DNA of 64,000 nucleotides from the human T2T-CHM13v2.0 reference genome, Homo sapiens. Position numbers and translations under genes: made by a program. The stretch is taken from NCBI RefSeq assembly GCF_009914755.1, contig NC_060948.1, one strand, 5' to 3'. Positions 57,101-64,000 of this stretch are shown here, piece by piece; the first letter of the stretch is position 1, and each line of letters begins with the position of its first letter. The notes below the pieces were generated by a model that did not search any database, had not been told where the DNA came from, and saw nothing but the letters and a program-made list of their open reading frames with translations.

Positions 57101-60100
57101 AGGTTCAAATATATGAGATGAATGCACACATCACAAAGAAGTTTCTCAGAATCTCTCTGTGTAATTTTTATGTGAAGATATTTCCTTTCCCACCTTAGGT
57201 CTTAAAACGCTCCAAATATCCACTTGCAGATACTACAAGAAGATTGTTTCAAAACTGCACAAAAAAAGAAATGTTCAATTCTGTTTGATGAATGCACACA
57301 TCACAAAGAAGTTTCTCAGAATGCTTCTCTGTAGTTTTTATGTGAAGATATTTCCTTTTCCACAATAGGCCTCAAAGGGCTCCAAATATCCACTTCCAGA
57401 TTCTATGAAAAGAATATTTCCAAACTGCTCAATCATAGGAAATGTTCAACTCTGTGAGATGAATGCACACATCACAAGAAATTTCTCAGAATCCTTCAGT
57501 GTAGGTTTTATGAGAAGATAATTCCTTTTCCACAATAGTTCTCAAAGCACTCAAAATATCCACTTGCAGATTCTACAAAAGGAGTATTTCAAAACTGCTC
57601 AATCAAAAGAAAGGTTCAACTCTGTGAGATGAATGGACACATCACAAAGAAGTTTCTCAGAATGCTTCTGTGTAGTATTTTTGTGAAGATATTTCTTTTC
57701 CACCATAGACCGCCAGGGGACACAAATATCCACTTTCAGATTCTACAACAAGAGAGGTTCAAAACTACTCGATCAAGAGATGGTTTCAACTATGTGAGTT
57801 GAATGCACACATCACAAAGAACTATGTCGGAATTCTTCTGTGTAGTTTTTATGTGAAGATATTTCCTTTTCCACAATAGACGTCAAAGTGATCCAGATAT
57901 CCACTTGCAGATTCCACAAAAAGAGTGTTTCAAAAGTGCACAACCAAAAGAAAGGTTCAACTAGGTGAGATGAATGCACACATCAGAAGGAAGTTTCTCA
58001 GAATGCTTCTGCATAGCTTTTAAGGGAAGATACTTCCTTTTCCAACATAGGCCTCAAAGCACTCCAAATATCCTCCTGGAGATACCACAAAAAGAGTGTT
58101 TGCAAACTGCTCAATCAAAAGAAAGATTTAACTCTGTGAGATGAATCCACACATGACAAAGAAGTTTCTCAGAATGCTTCTGTGTAGTTTTTATGTGAAG
58201 ATATTTCCTTTTCCACAATAAGACCCAAAAGGCTCCAAATATTCACTTGCAGATTCTAAAAAAAACAGTGTTTCAAAACTGCTCAATCAAAAGATAGTTC
58301 AACTCTGTGAGAAGAATGCTCACATCACTGAGAAGTTTCTCAGAATGCTTCTGTGTAGTTTTTATATGAAGATATTTCCTTTCCCACCGTAGGCCACAAA
58401 AGGCTCCAAATATCCACTTGCAGATACTATGAAAAGAGAGTTTCAAAACTGCTCATTCAAAAGATAGGTTCAACTCTGTGGTTTGAATGCACACAGCACA
58501 AAGAAGTTTCACAGAATGTGTCTGTGTAGTTTTTATGTGCGGATGTTTCCTTTTCCACCATATGCCTAAATATTTCCCAATTTCCACTTGCAGATTCCAC
58601 AAGAAGAGTGTTTCAAAACTGCTGTATCAAATAAAGTTGAACTCTGTGAGGTGAATGCACACAGCACAAAATGGTTTCTCAGAATGCTTCCTTGTTGTTT
58701 TTATATGAAGATGTTTCCTTTTCAACAATAGGCCTCAAAGTGCTTCAAATGTCCACTTGCAGATTCTACAAAAAGAGTGTTTCAAAACTGCTCAATCAAA
58801 AGAAAGGTTCGACTCTGGGAAATTAATGCACACATCACAAAGAAGTTTCTCAGCTTCTGTGTAGTTTTCATGTGAAGTTATTTCCTTTTCCACAATAGGC
58901 CGCAAAGGGCTCCAAATATCAACTTACAGATTCTAGGAAAAGAGAGTTTCAAAACTGCTCTACGAAAAGATAGGTTGAACTCTGTGAGATGAATGCACAC
59001 ATCACAAAGAAGTTTCTCAGAATGCATCTGTGTAGTTTTTACGGGAAGACATTTCCTTTTCCACCATCTTCCACAAAGGTCTCCAAGTAACCACTTGCAG
59101 ATTCTACAGAAAGACACTTTAAAAACTGCTCTATCAAAAGATCAGTTCAAGTCTGTGGTTTGAATGCACACATCACAAAGAATTTTCTCAGAATGCTTCT
59201 GTGTAGTTTTCATATGAAGATATTTCCTTTTCCACCATAGGCCTCAAAGCACTCCAAATATCCACTTGCAGATTCTACAAAAAGAGATTTTCAAAACTAG
59301 TCAATCAAAAGAAAGGTTCAACTCTGTCAGTTGAATGCACATATCACAAACAAGTTTCTCGGAATGCGTCTGTGTAGTTTTTATGTGAAGATATTTCCTT
59401 CTCCACAACAGGCCTCAAAGTGCTCCGAATATCCACTTGCAGATTTTACTAAAGAGTGTTTCCAAACTGCTCAATCAAGAGGAAGTTTCAAGTCTGTGAG
59501 CTGAACGCACACATCACAAAGTAGTTTCTGAGAATGCTTCTGTGTAGTTTTTATGTGAAGATGTTTCCTTTTCCACCATAGGCTGCAAAGGGCTCCAAAT
59601 ATCCACTTGCAGATTCTACAAAAAGAGAGTTTCAAAAGTGCTCTATCAAAAGATAGGTTCAACTATGTGATATGAATGCACACATCACAAAGTAGTTTCT
59701 CAGAATGCTTCTGTGTAGTTTTTATGTAAAGATATTTCCTTTTCCACCATAGGCCTCAAAGCACTCCAAATATCCACTTGCAGATTCTACAAAAAGAGAT
59801 TTTCAAAACTATTTAATCAAAAGAAAGGTTCAAATCTGTCAGTTGAAGGTACATATCACAAACAAGTTTATTGGAATGCTTCTGTGTAGTTTTTATGTGA
59901 AGATATTTCCTTTTCCACAACAGGCCTCCAGGTGCTCCAAATATCCACTTGCAGATTTCACTAAAAGTGTGTTTCCAAGCTGCTCAATCAAGAGGAAGTT
60001 TCAAGTCTGTCAGGTGAATGCACACATTACAAAGAAGTTACTGAGAATGCTTCTGTGTAGTTTTTATGTGAAGATATTTCCTTTTCCACCGCAGGCCTCA

Positions 60101-62070
60101 AAGCGCTGCAAATATCCACTTGCAGATTCTACAAAAAGAGAGTTTCAAAACTGCTGTATCAAAAGATAGGGTCAACTCTGCGAGTTGAATAAACACATCA
60201 CAAATAAGTTTCTGGGAACGCTTCTGTATAGTTTTATGTGAATATATTTCCTTTTCCACCATATGCCTCAAAGCACTCCAAATATCCACTTGCACATTAT
60301 AGAAACATAGTCTTTCAAAACTTGTCAATCAAAGAAAGGTTCAACTCCGTGAGATGAGTGCACACATCACAGAGAAGTTTCTCGGAATGTTTCTGTGTAG
60401 TTTTTATGTGAAGATATTGCCTTTTCCACAATAGGCCTCAAAGCGTTCCAAATATCCAATTGCAGATTCCACAAAAAAAGTTTTTTAAAACTGCTCAATC
60501 AAATGATAGATTAAACTCTGTGAGATTAGTGCACACATGTCAAAAAAGTTTCTCAGAATGCTTCTGTGTACTTTTTAGGGGAAGATATTTCCTTTTCCAC
60601 CATCGGCCACAAAGGACTCCAAATAACCACATGCAGATTCTAGTAACACAGAGTTTCAAAACTGCTCTATCAAAAGATAAGTTCAACTCTGAGAGTTTAG
60701 TGCAACCATCGTGAAGAAGTTTCTCAGAATGCTTCTGAGTAGTGTTTATGTGAAGATATTTCCTTTTCCACCATAGGCCTGAAAGCCCTCCAAATATCCA
60801 CTTGCAGATCCTACAAAAAGAAAGTTTCGAAATGCTCTCTCAAACGATAGTTTCGACTCTGTGGTATGAATACACACATCACAAAGAAGTTTCTCAGAAT
60901 GCTTCTGTGTAGTTTTTAAATGAAGATATTTCTTTTTCCACCATAGGCCTCAAAGCACTCCAAATATGCACTTCCAGATTCTACAAAAAGAGTGTTTCAG
61001 AACTGCTCAATCAAAAGGAAGGTTCCAGTCTGAGACAAATACACACATCAAAAGGTAGTTTCTCAGAATGCTTCTGTGTAGTTTTTATGTGAAGATATTT
61101 TCCTTTCCACCATAGGCCACAAATGGCTCTAAATACCCACTTACATTTTCCACAAAAAGAGAGTTTCAAAACTGCTCTACCAAAGGTAAGTTTAACGCTG
61201 TGAGTTAAGAACATCACAAAGAAGTTTCTCAGAATGCTTCTGTGTAGTTCTTACGTAAAGATATTTCCTTTTACACAATAGGCAGAAAAGTGCTCCAAAT
61301 ATCCACTTGAAGATTCTACAAAAACCGTGTTTCAAAACTGCCGAATCAAAAGAAAGGTTCAACTCTGTGAGATGAATGCACACATAACAAAGGAGTTTCT
61401 CAGAATGCTTCTGTGTAGCTTTTATATGAAGACATTTAGTTTTCCACAACAGGCCTCAAAGCTCTCTCCATATCCACTTGCAGATTCTACCGAAAGAGTG
61501 CTTCCAAACTGCTCAATCAAAAGAGACATTCAAATCTGTGAGGTGAATGCAGACATCGTAAAGAAGTTTCTCAGAATGCTTCTGTGTATTTTTTGTGTGA
61601 AGTTATTCGTTTTTGCACCATAGGCCTCCAAGCGTTCTAAATATCCACTTCTAGATTCTACAAAAAGAGAGTTTCAAAACTACTCAAACAAAAGGTTCAA
61701 TTCTGTGAGTTGAAAGCAAACATCACAAAGAAGTTTCTCAGAATGCGTCTGTGTAGTTTTGATGTGAAGATATTTCCTTTTCACAATAGAATGCAAAGGG
61801 CTCCAAATATCCACTTGGAGATTCTACAAAAAGAGTTTCAAAACCGCTCTGTCAAATGATAGGTTGAACTCCCGGAGGTGAATACACACATCACAAAGAG
61901 GTTTCTCAGCATGCTTCTGTGTAGTTTTTATGTAAACATATTTCCGTTTCTATCATAGGCCTCAAAGTGCTCCAAATATTCACTTGTACATTCTACCAAA
62001 CGAGTATTTCAAAACTGCTCAATCAAATGGAAGGTTCAAAACCGTGACATGAATGCCCACATCACAAAGT
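33146..62070 (-). repeat. Five complete 5785-bp 34-mer HOR units (starting at 33146, 38931, 44716, 50501, 56286); a partial unit follows from 62071
   Basis: Constant offset with no net indels and only scattered single-base differences. Unit phase is set arbitrarily at the array boundary. Confidence 0.95.
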
Positions 62071-64000
62071 AGTTTCTCAGAATGCTTCTGTGTAGTTTTT
62101 ATGTGAAGATATTTCCTTTTCCACAACAGCGTGCAAAACGCTTCAAATATGCCCTTAGAGATTCCACAAAAAGAGTGTTTCCAAACTACTCAAATCAAAA
62201 AATGATTTCAACTCTGTGAGATGAATGCACACATCACAAACTAGTTTCTCAGAATGTTTCTGCCTGGTTCTCATGCGAAGATAGTTCCTTTTTCACCATA
62301 GGCCGCAATGTACTCCAAATATCCACCTGCAGATTCTACAAAAGTGAGTTTCAAAACTGCTCTATCAAAAGATCAGTTCGTCTCTGTGAGTTGAATGCAT
62401 ACATCAAAAAGAAGCTTCTCAAAATGCTTCTGTGTGGTTTTTCGGTGAAGATAGTTCTTTTTCTACCATAGGTCTCAAACCACTCCAAATATCCACTTGT
62501 AGATTCTATAAAAAGGAATGTTCAAAATTGCTCAATAAAAATAAAGTTTCAACACCGTGAGATGAGTGCACAAATCACAAAGGAGTTTCTCAAAATGCTT
62601 CTGGGTAGTTTTTCTGTGAAGATAGTTCCTTTTCTACCATGGGCCACAAAGGGCTCCAAATACCCACTTGCAGATTCTACAAAAAGAGAGTTTCACAACT
62701 GCTCTATCAAACAATATGTTCAACTTTGTGGGTTGAACACAAATATCACAAGAATTTTCTCCCAATGCTTCTGTGTAGTTTTTATGTGAAGACATTTCTT
62801 TTCCCTCCATAGTCCACAAAGTGCTCCAAATATCCACTTACATATTCTAGAAAAAGATTGCTTGGAAACTGCACAATGAAAAGAAAGGTTCAAATATATG
62901 AGATGAATGCACACATCACAAAGAAGTTTCTCAGAATCTCTCTGTGTAATTTTTATGTGAAGATATTTCCTTTCCCACCTTAGGTCTTAAAACGCTCCAA
63001 ATATCCACTTGCAGATACTACAAGAAGATTGTTTCAAAACTGCACAAAAAAAGAAATGTTCAATTCTGTTTGATGAATGCACACATCACAAAGAAGTTTC
63101 TCAGAATGCTTCTCTGTAGTTTTTATGTGAAGATATTTCCTTTTCCACAATAGGCCTCAAAGGGCTCCAAATATCCACTTCCAGATTCTATGAAAAGAAT
63201 ATTTCCAAACTGCTCAATCATAGGAAATGTTCAACTCTGTGAGATGAATGCACACATCACAAGAAATTTCTCAGAATCCTTCAGTGTAGGTTTTATGAGA
63301 AGATAATTCCTTTTCCACAATAGTTCTCAAAGCACTCAAAATATCCACTTGCAGATTCTACAAAAGGAGTATTTCAAAACTGCTCAATCAAAAGAAAGGT
63401 TCAACTCTGTGAGATGAATGGACACATCACAAAGAAGTTTCTCAGAATGCTTCTGTGTAGTATTTTTGTGAAGATATTTCTTTTCCACCATAGACCGCCA
63501 GGGGACACAAATATCCACTTTCAGATTCTACAACAAGAGAGGTTCAAAACTACTCGATCAAGAGATGGTTTCAACTATGTGAGTTGAATGCACACATCAC
63601 AAAGAACTATGTCGGAATTCTTCTGTGTAGTTTTTATGTGAAGATATTTCCTTTTCCACAATAGACGTCAAAGTGATCCAGATATCCACTTGCAGATTCC
63701 ACAAAAAGAGTGTTTCAAAAGTGCACAACCAAAAGAAAGGTTCAACTAGGTGAGATGAATGCACACATCAGAAGGAAGTTTCTCAGAATGCTTCTGCATA
63801 GCTTTTAAGGGAAGATACTTCCTTTTCCAACATAGGCCTCAAAGCACTCCAAATATCCTCCTGGAGATACCACAAAAAGAGTGTTTGCAAACTGCTCAAT
63901 CAAAAGAAAGATTTAACTCTGTGAGATGAATCCACACATGACAAAGAAGTTTCTCAGAATGCTTCTGTGTAGTTTTTATGTGAAGATATTTCCTTTTCCA

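Larger units (their letters stand above)
25656..64000 (-). repeat. DYZ3: Homogeneous alpha-satellite HOR array, DYZ3 (human Y centromere)
   Basis: Identical ORF sets recur at exactly 5785 bp (33637, 39422, 45207, 50992, 56777, 62562), which is 34 monomers. An EcoRI site recurs in each unit (GAATTC at 27200, 34690, 40475 ...). No CENP-B box seen. A 34-mer of about 5.7-5.8 kb without CENP-B boxes is the established DYZ3 signature. Confidence 0.93.

Noticed and set aside
33146-62070. Assembly artefact from a collapsed or modelled repeat
   Set aside because: Units carry distinct shared and private single-base variants and join a unique flank through a distinct 44-mer. Read-level confirmation is still needed.
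25656-64000. CRISPR-like or other repeat-spacer array
   Set aside because: The units are contiguous 171-bp satellite monomers with no unique spacers and no cas genes; the context is eukaryotic.
33146-64000. 36-mer (about 6.0 kb) DYZ3 variant
   Set aside because: All offsets after the first unit are exactly 5785 bp, so none is present in this window.

Overview
Primate, almost certainly human, centromeric DNA with no cellular genes. It reads as the edge of the Y-chromosome centromere (DYZ3). From left to right the window holds: the 3' end of a young plus-strand L1 (1-1253); about 24 kb of diverged 171-bp alpha-satellite monomers in at least three sequence layers, interrupted by two minus-strand L1s (a 1.4-kb 3' fragment and a 4.95-kb internally deleted element that keeps both ends); and, from about 25656, a homogeneous higher-order-repeat (HOR) array with no CENP-B box seen by eye. 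The first HOR unit is 7490 bp (44 monomers). It is followed by five complete, nearly identical 5785-bp units (34 monomers) and a partial one. Nearly all ORFs in the track are artefacts of translating satellite or L1 DNA. I found no new gene system. The most informative signals are evolutionary: internal evidence that the 44-mer is ancestral to the 34-mer, two L1s at the same monomer position that share private variants, and an open L1 ORF0 pointing at the array. All comparisons with L1 or alpha consensus sequences are from memory and by eye.
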